Positions 1 to 12,700 of a stretch of DNA of 64,000 bases are shown here, one piece after another; positions within the stretch are counted from its first letter, which is position 1; each line of letters begins with the position of its first letter. The stretch is from Chrysomallon squamiferum (taxonomy: Eukaryota > Animalia > Mollusca). Below the pieces are notes generated by a model. The model was not told the DNA's origin and did no database searches. It saw nothing but the letters and a program-made list of their open reading frames with translations. A program made the position numbers and the translations under genes. Location of the stretch: assembly GCA_012295275.1 (NCBI GenBank), contig CM022679.1, forward strand, positions 6,758,001-6,822,000. Reading direction: 5' to 3'.

Positions 1-3000
1 AAATGATTTGATATTAGAATACGATGAAGAATGTATGAATGTTAAATGATTTAATCAGCATAAAACACCACAAATAATAAATAACTCATTTCACAATAAA
101 TGTATGTAATCAGTAAAGACCAAGACACCCAAACTGCTGGCCACATTAACTACAGTTAAAATAATAAAATCACAACAATACCTTTCATAAATTCAGTTGT
201 GAAGCCTACAAATGGACAATTTCAATGAAACAGGGTCACAGAAAAATACAGATGTAATACATGGTTTTAAGGATTGGTTTCTGAAAAACAATATTTCTGT
301 GGTGTGCATAACATATTTAGTTAATTGTTTTTTTTTTCTTAAGAAACAAAAGAAGATATAATTGTCATAAAAAAAATGGGTACAAAATTATTTCACAGTG
401 TACAACAGACCTGTTTTGAAGAATTGCATGTTTTTATTTAATTACAAGTAGATATTGCTTAAGTCTTTTGAGTACACCAATTGAAATGTACTCCATCCTG
501 AAGATGTGTGATACTGAATGTAAAAACATTTCTTTTATCCAGTTTTACTGTCTTTCAGTAATATATATATTTTTATTATTATTATTTTTTTAACAAAGTT
601 TTAATACTTTAGTTTTCTGATGCCTTCAGTTGCCATAGTACACTGTATTTATTATTAAAATATTTTACCAAATTATTTTATGCAATTAAATATTTTTTAA
701 ATGAATTTGAATGTGTTTAAGTAGCAAAATCTGCTAAATGGAAATATATATTATCTTGCATGTTTATTTTTTGTATTAAAGTGTTTTTATTCACACATTT
801 AATCGATAACCACTGAGTTGACTGGAAAAATTAATCTAACTTTTCTAGTCTTGTTTATATTGTTAGATACAGTAATGATATATATCTGAATCAAGATTTA
901 TTTTGTTTATGACATAGCAACACCCAAAACTTCAGTGAAAGGTAAAGTCAATAATTCTCATTTGACAACAAGCCTGATATTGAGCTTTTTTTTATATACA
1001 AGCTGTAAGATTTAAGTTTTGAATTTGTTAAGTTTCTGTCTAAGAATATGCATAACTTCTATAAATAACAAAAAATAGTTATCACATCATAAAGAGTTGG
1101 AAACATAAATTTTATTGTTATTATTAAGTGAGATCAAATAAGAAATAAATCAACTGTATGTACATGGATATTCTAAAACTAAAGATAAATTATAACTGAA
1201 ACAATAACTTTATGCAGCTTGTATATTTCCTTTTGTATTTATCAATGCCAATAATAACAATTTAATATGTGGTCACTTAACAAGTCATTTTTAAACCTTT
1301 GTTATTTTTACCTAATTTTTGTGTATAAAGTGCAAAATCTTTAACCCAAAACGTAAAAACAAACTATCATGTTATTCTATTTTTTTAATTTTATTTCATA
1401 AACAAATTGAGTTCATTATTTTTTTATTTCTTATTAGCTAATATATAATTATAAAAAATGAAAATATTACTTTTGAAGTTTATTAATAAAATTAAATTAG
1501 TTTAATGAAACAATAAATGTTTCATCAAAATGAGTAAAGTCAAGAAATGTTTTCTTTAATTTTGTAAAATAATATGAAACAAAGACTATTATTTTGTTTT
1601 AATTTAAATGAGTTAGAAACAAAAGCAAACAGTTACAAATTAAACATGAATATAAATTGCATGTATGTATTCCATGTGATCTGTTTCCACTCAAGAATCC
1701 ATCTTGTGTAAACCTAAAATGGTATTAATAAAAATGAAATAAAAATGTTTTCAAAAACTGCTATTATCTTCCAAGTTTGTGGCAGTGATTGCTTTTTTAA
1801 TAAATTATTTTTGGTCTGTCAATAATTGGTGTTTAATTGGTGTGGAAAATAATTACTAGTACCTAAATGTTTTATTTTTTATTTTTTATTTTGTTTTAGT
1901 CAAGTACATATCCATGAAAAATATTCTTAACTTATGCAGTTCTTATAACTATCAGATTTTATATGTCATAAGTTATTAACAGTTTTGTCCAGTTAAAAAA
2001 CAATTTCTGCCTGTTTACAATTTTTAATTTTAATCAGATTCTTACTTAAATGGTTTTCACCATGCACAATACCTGACAGTTCAGTACAAAATAAATAACT
2101 CAACATTAAACTTGATTAAATATTTTGATAAAAAATTATTTTAAGTAAGTCCTTCAAATTTTGATTGTCCTAATTTTTTGTAATGAGACATTCAGCCCAA
2201 AGTATTTACTCTGTGATGTTCTAATTTTTAATGTCATGTGTGGACTTTTATTTTTTCATTTCTCACTTTTTTTTTTTTTATTCATAAATATTTTTGTTTG
2301 TTTATTTCATTTCTGATTGCTCTTTCAGTTTTGTATTTTGTTCTGTTGTCTTTTAAATCACTTGTCTAAAATATCTCTGCAGTGTTTTTTGTTTTTAGGG
2401 TAACAGAATAATTTACCATTTAAAATAATTCCTGGAACATTTTGTGTGTGTGTGTGTTTGTTTCTGTTTGTCTTATTACATTATACCCATTCTTTTTGTC
2501 TCAATATTTTGTACAATATGCTTGAAAAGTCTAAATTTAAAAAAAAATATATATTAATCAATATTTAATGATTCTTTATAAAAATTCTCTTCTATTATTT
2601 AAGTATTTAGTAGTTTTACATGGGAGAAGCAAATAAAATACCTGTTTAACATGTGAGCATTTTAACTGAAATTAAATTTTACAGTGACAACCACTAAACT
2701 GCATATTTTATTTTTGTTTTATTCAGGAATTTGTATAGAATTTCTTTTGATTAGAACATTCTTTTAATGATTTGAGTGAATTTTTATTTAAAAAAAAAAA
2801 AAAATTTAAAGTGAGTTTAACCTGCATGTCTCATTATTTAGCACAAACACATTATTATTACCATTGGTGTTTTTTTCAAAAGTTAGAATACCATGCTAAA
2901 GTAATATAAACGTTTGCTATGTTGACTGAAATTTATTATAATATGAAAAACATAATTAATAAGTGACCTTAAAAAAAATAATTAAATTAATATCTCTGAG

Positions 3001-3171
3001 AAGTTACAGATATTAAAGTAAAATATTTATTTGCCAGAATTGATTCAAACAATGTAAATTTAAAAAAAAAAATCTCTCACACGGTTTTGATATTTCAATA
3101 TTATTTTACAAATACATTTATGAAACAGGATTGTTCTTAAATTACATTTTTTGTTTGTAACTTTTTTTTAG

Positions 3172-3758
3172 CTGTTCAACTGTTGAACCTGTCTGTACAA
3201 CTCATCCTTGCAAGAACGGTGCTACTTGTGTACCCTTGGGAAACATCCGCAGAAAATGTCAATGTCAGGCTGGTTACACTGCAGAAGACTGCTCACAGCA
3301 AATAGGTGAATTTATTAGCCAACAATTTCAGCAAGAAAGAAAAAGCAACCAGTTCATTTTGTTGTAGTTATTTATCATTATCAGTTATTAAAAAAAAAAA
3401 ATTAAAAAATTCTTTTTCATAATACAGTTCTATAAATGAGCTTTTCTCACAGCTGGCATTATTACTATTTATAAATATTAAATACACAATATACCACATT
3501 CAAAAAGAGTCTTGTAAAACAAATTTATTTGCATTTTTCTCACAACAGATGACTGTGAATCAAATCCTTGTTATTATGGAGGCACATGTAAAGATAAACA
3601 TCTTGGTTTTGAATGTACTTGTCCATCTGGCTACACTGGACAGCGGTGTGAGAATCCTCCTCAGCAGTGTCTTGGTGTGCAGTGTGGACCTGGGCAGTGT
3701 GTGGCAGACCACATTCACAACACATACCAGTGTGTTTGCAATGCTGGAATGCTCTATG
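3172..3758 (+). CDS. Gene A EGF-like exons (3172-3305, 3549-3758)
   Basis: Translations: [40 protein letters not shown] and [51 protein letters not shown]...YQCVCNAG. Canonical splice sites. Confidence 0.9.
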
Positions 3759-6700
3759 GTAAATTATATATTTACGTTTTAATTTATTACTTTTTGTTTT
3801 AATTTTAATTTTATTTTGATTGCTATAATTTCAAGGCTAAAAGAGATTTAGCAGAATGTGTTAGTTTATGATTTACTAAAATAATTTTCTTGTATCAAAC
3901 TTAGCTGAAATGCTACTGTTTTTGTTGATTTTCTCTATTCAACATCAGCTGGCTTAACTCAGATTAATTCATTATAGTATTTTCTTTCTGAAAAAAGATG
4001 TAAAATCAATATAAAACATGAAAACAGGCAAGAAAGTTACATAATTATTTAAACAAAAACATCATTATTAAAATGGAAAATGTCATTGTGTAGAAGATAC
4101 TGTAATTCTGAGATAATTTTGATGACAGTTTGGATTCAGAAAAGATTTAACATGAAAATGATAATAGATGGTAGCTTGTTACAGTTCTGTTGATTAGACA
4201 ATTCTGTCACTTTCAGGAAGTAGCTACTTTAGTGGATTATAATGTCAATTACATTTTTAAGTCTGTTTCATTAAACCTTTCATTTTTTGCATGTGTTTCA
4301 AGAAAACCTTTTAGAATAATTAAGTAGCAGAAACACCAGGGAATAAATATATTAAAAACAAAATTAAATCATTATTATCAGTGTGTATTATAAAACAAAT
4401 TATAACTTTTATCATTATTATTGTTACTGTTATTGTGTTGTTACAAATATACATTATATTTGTGCTTATATTAATGACAGAGTTATTCACTTTAAATGTT
4501 GCAGGAAAGTTCTGTCAGTATGACATAATGGTTAAAAGCAGATGACTTCATCATCAGTAATAAAGTCCTACAGTAACAAAACTGCCAAGGAATGTCTAAA
4601 TATCTGTGAAGGAAAAGATGACTGCAAAGCTTTTACTTTCAACACTACAAGTAATGACTGTGAGATACATGGACAAGCAACCACAAATCTGACAGACTCA
4701 GAAAGCACCAACTACTACATAAAAACCTGTAAAAATCAGTCAGGTAATACAAAGGCTAATGTACTGTATATCTTTTATGCATTGTCAGTTTTATACACTA
4801 AACGAAAGGTCATTATTATATCACATACTTGAATATATCAGCACATATTTGGTCTGTATTTATCATACACACAGATGGATATTTTAGAATTATTTTACAA
4901 CGCTGATTAAGTAATATATATGGTATTTTTTAGTTTTTCAGATGTACTGACCATTAAAGTTTTTTTTTAGTTTTTGTTTCATCTAGAATTGTTTTCAGAT
5001 TACATATTTCAAACTGATTTTTAATCTTATGTGTTACTGTCATAAAAATTTGTGATTAGATCACGTTTAAAATATTCTACTTATTATATTTAAATATGAA
5101 CAATGTATAGAAAAACAAAAACATTCTATTATGAAATCTTTCAATAGAAAAAGGTTTTAAAAGAATTTTTTGGACACTTTTATTACAAATGCATTGGGCA
5201 TAAAAGAAAACATACAAATGAATCTAGAATGAAGCAGAAAGAATAATATTCACAAAAAATAATTGTAAAGTTGTCATTATAGCAGTCTGGATTATTTTAT
5301 TTCTGTAGATGATTTTTGGACTCCATGGTATAATACAAAGAAACCTACAACTGATATAAATTCAAAAGATGAAGAAAATAATGACACTTTATTAGAGGTA
5401 AGTCATTATTTAGAATTTAATCCCAATATAAACGTTTAAAGATATCTTTATGCAGTATAAAAAGTTAGTATATATATTTAACAACATGCTTATTGAATAT
5501 AAAATATCACCATGCAGTGCGTGTCTCATTTGATATTGAAATATATTTGTTTTGTTGTGATTGTTTTTTCTGTTTGTTTTTGGGGTTTTTGTTTTTTTTG
5601 TTTTTTATAAACTCAGACAATAACATATATAATATCCAGATATAATATAGAAAATTGCTTCTTGTATAAAAAAAATTGTCTTACACATTTACATATGCCT
5701 TCAAGGTTATTCAAATAAAATAAAAGACTAATCAAATTGCTTGATTATATTCATTGCCTATAACATACTATAATGCTCTTTCATTAATTAACAGTTTGAT
5801 AAGATATAATCCAGAATGACTTTTATATCACAAGATTTTATTTAAATAAAATGCTTTTTGATTAGAAATCAGGTAGTTTACAATAGTTGTTTTAAAGGTG
5901 AACACAAAGAAAAACTAGAAAGTTTATAATAAAACAGGAAGAGTAAATAATGGTTTGAATGTTTTCCACATGTATTGCAATTTTTGTTTTTGTATATTAT
6001 TAATGACTTTGATAATATATAAATACAGTAATCATTAATGATTTTGTAACATATAAGAAATTTCAAATCGCAAGCAATAAATTTTAAAATATTAATATAC
6101 AAAAATTGTTAAATAAATAGAAGCATTACATGAAAAAGTGTTGTTTATCCTATTTTGGTAGATGGGTATGTATTTGTTTTTAACATAATTCTTTATTTAC
6201 ATGTTTTGTAGTTAATTAAAATATTTCTCTTGTAAATATCAGTATCACTGATGCAGAACTAAGTCTGATATAGGAATAAAAATAATGAAAAAAGAGATGA
6301 TGTACTCAAAATGAGTCACGTCAGATATTGTCTCTAGTCAGAGCAGAAATATTGCAGTTATTGAAAAATAATTGCACCTAACATTTCAATCCAAATTTAT
6401 GGTAACATTTTTTATGAAATATTATACATTTGTTAATAGACTGTTTATGGTAATAGGATTATTTATGAAATATTATACATTTTTAACAGTAGATTGTTTG
6501 TGATAATAACATTATTTATGAAATATCATACATTATCTAACCAGTAGTATGATTAGTTCAGTTCTAAGTGACAGTAGAAGTAACATTATTTATTACCACA
6601 GTTCAGATCACTGTGGTTGTAAAAGTGGTGCTACTTTCTGAAACTGTAATGACAAAGAAAAAATGTGTTATTTAACAATGTACTCAACACATTTGTAATC

Positions 6701-9700
6701 TTGTTGTGAATGATGTCATGCACATGTTTATATTCATACAATGACTGAGAGAGGAATTACACTGCTGTAACACAAAGGACTATTATTTTTTCATTAAGCA
6801 CCAAGGGATATTTTATTTGCTCCTTTCCATATAAAAGTAATAAACTATTAAAGATGAAGGATGTGAGCTTTATCCTATCCCAGAATTGTATTATAAATTT
6901 CTGCTTCAGGTTGGTATTGCGATTTGTAAAGGAACTGATCCTGTTAATGTTGAGTGCAGAGATGTGACCAACAAACTGCCTCCAAATGAGACTATTACCT
7001 GCTCAGTGGCCACTGGACTGACTTGCAACAATAAAGATCAAACTGATAAACAGTGTGAAGATTATGAAATCCATTTCAAATGTGCTGTCAGTCGAGGTAT
7101 GTAGAATTAGACAATCAGATTTGTATTAGATATATTTTTTGTAGTTATTATTACTATTACTATTATTATTATTTATTCAAAGTTAAATTATATGCTTTAG
7201 TTATATGCTTTACTGAATTTATTCAAAATTCTAAACAAAATCATCCTATTAAAAATATAATAAAAAATAAAAAATGAAAGAAGAAAATTTTAATATTAAC
7301 AGCTATTAAATGTTAAGAAAAAAAGTTTTATATAACAAAAGAAAAACATAATTATTTCTAAAATAAAACTTCGGACTAATAACTGTCTTTGGGCTTGTGT
7401 TAATGTTTTTTCATTAGCAGCAGAAAATATCTCTTAATAAAATTCCATTTATTTCATTTAAAATTTGTTTCAGTATTCACTGAAAATACTTGCACTCAAC
7501 CAGCTTACTGTCAAAGCAGTCCTTGCCAACATGGAACCTGTCAGGAAAAAGTTGATGGTTTCTCATGCTCATGTAACACAGGATACCAAGGCTCCCTGTG
7601 TCAACATGACATTGACTACTGTGCATCAAAACCCTGTCTAAATGATGGAACTTGTGAAGACAGACTTTCTGAATATATTTGTAAATGTGCTGATGGTTTT
7701 ACTGGTATGTTAATAATACATTTTAATAGTCTAATTTGTCAAAATTAAAATTTTGTGTTTAATGACTGTTCCCAGAAAATCAAGGGTGAATCAAGAAAAG
7801 ATAATATTGTATAAAGCACCATAAATATCAACAAACAAGTTCAACCTGAATGATTATCTTTTAAAATATTTTAATTACAAACACCTCCTATATTTTTCTG
7901 TGGCTAAGCCAAAGCACACAAAATACAGTTTCCTGTTTAAAATGAATTAATGCTAAAAATACTAATAATTTGTTTCCAACAAATTATCCTCATTCCATTT
8001 TAAACTTAAAATAAATTATTTGACAAAACATGTTTGGGTAACAACAAAATAAATCTTATGATGTCATAATACTTTTAGGCAAAATATTCATGAGATTAAC
8101 ATTGATGATTGCAAACCATTTTTTTTTTTTTTCCTTGCAACAATTCAGGAATTTGTCAAGATGGTATTAATGGGTATGAATGTGATTGTCCAAAAGGCTG
8201 GACAAATATAGAATTTTAAAACATGTATGATTTTATTAGAATATTAGATTTATTTTCATAAAACTTTCAGGTGCACAAAGTGTTGTTTTTTAAATTATTA
8301 TATTTTTAATGACAATTTTAATACTATTAGAGTCACATGAATTAGCTAGTTGACTGTGTTTTTTATTATTTCATTTTATCTTATTTTATTTTTTATGTTG
8401 GTATCTATTTATCTATCTATCTATCTATCTATTTCTATTATCTATACATCAATAATAATAAAATATATTTTTACACATGATTAATAGTTTTACAGAAAAT
8501 GTCATTATTAAAATATATTGACACAATAAGAACAGTTTTTTTTCTTGATATACTTATTTTTTTAATCTGTTTTTTTTAAATTACATTTTAATTCTGTCTT
8601 TTGCATTTACTTTTAATTTTTAAACACAGTAATTGATTTCCAAATTCTCGTGTACTTTCACATTTCAGTAATTTCTCTTTTCTAAGTATATATATATATT
8701 TAATATCATTACAAAATAAGAAATTAATAAATTTTTCTCAAGATTTACATTTATTTCTAATTATGAATAGTAGTGATATTAGAAAAAGTATTTTTAATAT
8801 AATAAAGTCAAAATGAAAGAAAGTTTTTTTTCTCTAGTTTTACATTTTTTTTTGTTCTACTTCAGACTGATGTTGATGAATGTAGTCTTGGTGAACCATG
8901 TCTTCATGGTGGTCAGTGTAAAAATGTTCCAGGTGCATACACATGTCAGTGTCCAGATGGATGGAAGAATCCGAAGTCTTGTAATGACATTGTAACACTG
9001 TGTAATCCTGCAACCTGCAACAACAATGCAAAATGTTTCAACCTATTTAATGATTTCTTCTGCAAGTACGTATTTAACAAGACTTTTTAAACAATGTCTA
9101 TCACTTGATAGAAATATAATACATTTATTATCAAAACTTGTAAACTTAAATAAAAAAAGAGTAATTTATCAGTTCATTAAAGATAATCAATGCTCATAAT
9201 TATATTAGTTTAATTTAATTTTGGCTGTGGAATTAATTATTTTGAAAAGGTCACCCTGATTTCTGTAACTTGCTTACTTGTTTTAAATTAAGTTATAAAA
9301 GTAGATATCACATTTTTTTTGCATTAGATTTCATTTTGTTCCCATTACCATTTATTTGAATTTTGTTTTTATTTCAGGTGTAAAGCTAACACATATGGTA
9401 AAACATGTGAAAGCAATCCTAGTATCTGTGCAAATGCCAACCCTTGTCAACACACGAACTACTGCAATGAGACTTCAGGTACAGCCAGCTGCTACTGCAC
9501 AGAAGGTTTGTAATCATTTACACTGTTTAATATAATAATTGCATGTTGTTGTTTTTTTATTAACCAGTTTGTTTTGTAATACAGCCATAATGTCTTTTAT
9601 ACTCATCCACATAACCATATATACATACAAACACAAACATGTGTAGATATATACATACTTCCTTCCAACACAGATATACAAAAAAAAAAAAAAAAAAAAA

Positions 9701-12700
9701 TTCATTTTTGGAACAATTGAAAGATTTAAAAAAAAATGCATTTTAACAAACAAGAATTATAATAGTATTTTGGCAGTATTTTTACCAAACTATTTTTACC
9801 TGTTAAGTAGAGTATTAACAGGATACAAACATTTGTGATTTTGTTTTCCAGATTTTGAAGGTGATGGGTGTGAGTTACGTGTTGACCATTGTAAAAGTAA
9901 CACATGTAAAAATGGTGCAACCTGTACTCAAACAGCAACCAATGACTACACATGTACCTGCACATCAGGTTTGTGAACAAAGATAAATGTATGAGTCTGA
10001 AACAGTTTGTCAGTAGGAATGTTAAATATTTTAATTTGTTCATTTTCATTATCAACAGATTTCAATATAACAAATCCCAACATGATATTTATATGATTAG
10101 ATCTAATGGTAATCACCTAACTTTTTTATTATTATCATTAATATTTTTAATTTTAGTATTTAATTTAGAGTAGTTTTTGTGAGAAATTTATAATATATTT
10201 TTTACATATTGAGAAATGTACGAAATGTTGGATCAATTTACATTTATCAGTCTACTGTTGAATTAGATGGAGTTCACATTTATTGTTTGATGAATATTAT
10301 TTGCATTTATTATAACGAATTTTATTTTAGAGAAAGGATGTTTATTTCTGGTGTTTTTATTTCAGGTTATGATGGCAAGAACTGTGAAAATAATGTTGAC
10401 AACTGTGCTGGTGTATCATGTCCTGGTGGAAGTTGCATTGATGGTGTCAATGAATACTTTTGTAGATGTCCAGTTGGAAAAACTGGAGAGTCATGTTCAA
10501 AAGGTTAAAATCACCAACAAAAATCATAATAATTATGAGAATTTGAAAATAATGATAAACAAAAACTAAATCTCATACTAAAATAAATTTACTTGTTTTA
10601 TTACAAAAGAGTTCTTTGACCAAAAAATCTGATATTTTCATTTAAAGCATAATATCAAATTACTACTACCTTGATATACTTTCTATACTAACAAATATGA
10701 ATGGATCTAAACAGCAAGTAAATGTAAATTTTTATCTCTGAAAAGATAATTATTAAACCCTTTTTGCTTCCTTTTCTTCTACAGATGTCAATCGAAATTA
10801 TGACTTACTGTTTGAGTTGCCACAAAAAACAAACATGGCATCATTACCATATCCAATTCAACTGAAAGTCACTCAGCTGACTATTAGCTTTTGGGTCAGG
10901 TTCTGGGAAAAAGATGGAAAAGGCACCTTTTTCAGCATGTTTTCTGTTGCGTAAGTTTTTGCTTTTAATTTTATTTTATTGCTATCAGTTTTTAACACAT
11001 ATATATCTATTAAAGTTTTATTTATTATTTTATAACTAGTGAGAAAACCAAAGGAATGGTTTCAGCTTTATGGTTGTATCTGTGAATTTCATTAAAGATT
11101 ACAAAATAATGTTCATCCAACACTGACAAATAATGAAGAAAAACACACCTTTACATCATATTTTTAAAACAGTTTGTAGCACCGTAATGTGAATATTTAT
11201 TATAAATGCTGACTTTTAAAATATTGAACCAAAATGAACCAGACTCTTCATTTTCACTAAACATGTTATTTTACCTATAAAAATTCTAACAATTAAATTA
11301 TATTTTTACATGATTTAAGTTAATTTTCAATATTAATATCTAAAATGAAATTTTAGATTGATTTTTTAACATTAATATTAATTGGATATTTGAACAAAAT
11401 TATTCAAGTTATATATTTTTCTTAACCATTGATTTATCAAATTTATTTATGATTATTTTGACAGAAAACCAAATTCTTTGAGTGGAAAGAAAGAACTCCT
11501 GCGTGTTGATGAAAAAGGTCTCTACATTGACTTTAGTGGCAGTATTACCTTTTTTGATTTTCCATACTACAAATACAATGATGGACGATGGAACAACATT
11601 ATCATCAACTGGGACAGCACAACAGGAAAACTAAACTTCATAGTAAACAGTATTAACCGCAGTCCCATCAACAATTATGCAAAGGATGTAACTCTTGATG
11701 AAAAGTAAGTCTGACATTAATTTATTAATACCTCTGAATAGTTGATGGAGGACAAACAGAGTAATCATGACATAAGTAATTATTTTCTTCTACGGAGGAA
11801 ATGAAACAGGAGCATTTTCCCCATTAATCTGTAATGTTGATAAGTAGCAATGTTTGATCAGACTAGCTAAATCTGAAAGGAAATTGTTTTTAAAATTGAT
11901 TTAAAATTTAGTTTTCATCATTAAACAAGAAAGTTTAAATATTATGAATATATATCAATAATTAAATGTGTAGAACTGTTAAGCAGATTCTATATGTTTT
12001 AAGTGTGTATGACTTGGAAATTAGACATAATGTTTGGAATGGAGAATAAAACAATTAATGACAAACTGTGAAGAGTTTCAGAATTAGTCATTCATCTGAA
12101 CAAGTCAATATTTTGTTTCAAGAGCTGTTTATTTTCTTTTTCTTGTAAGTTAACAAATAATAAATCGGCTAGATCTTTTTTTAACTGTTTCACCTAAAGC
12201 AGACATAGACAAATTTTCCTGTATTACATTTTATAATTAAATAAATTTCACTTCCATTATTAATACAAAAAAAAAGAAGAATAAAGTTTAGTGAAATAGT
12301 GCCAAGTATTATAAGTTACAGTCAATAGGATAACATTATTAATTAGCTTTAATTAGTCATCATAATCATTACAAAATGAAAAACAATAAATTACTGGGGC
12401 TAAAACTGTTTTAATTTTTGATAACAAAATTACACTTGTTTTTTTTTATTATTTTATTATTATTTACTGTTATAAGCCAAGTTCCTGAAATTTCACTGAA
12501 AAGATTAAATACTATATAAGGAATCTAAAGAGGAAAACAAAGTGTTAAAACTGCGATACTAAATGTACTTTATTTCTAAAACTTATTATTAAACTTATTG
12601 AAGTTCTTTTTTATTTATCATATTTCCTTACTTAAATATTTCAGATTAATCTGTTCTTTTCTTGTATGACTAGACATATTTTTAAAACTTATTTAACTGA

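Noticed and set aside
182-205. Possible minus-strand micro-exon (tttgtag-24 nt-gtattg)
   Set aside because: No partner exons or recognisable protein. Such matches are expected by chance.
3540-3782. ORF-track entries 3540-3725(-) and 3549-3782(+), their twins near 62850, and most other short ORFs
   Set aside because: These are antisense or off-frame shadows of real exons, or low-complexity AT-rich intron ORFs (F/I/L/Y/K-rich) without domain signatures.
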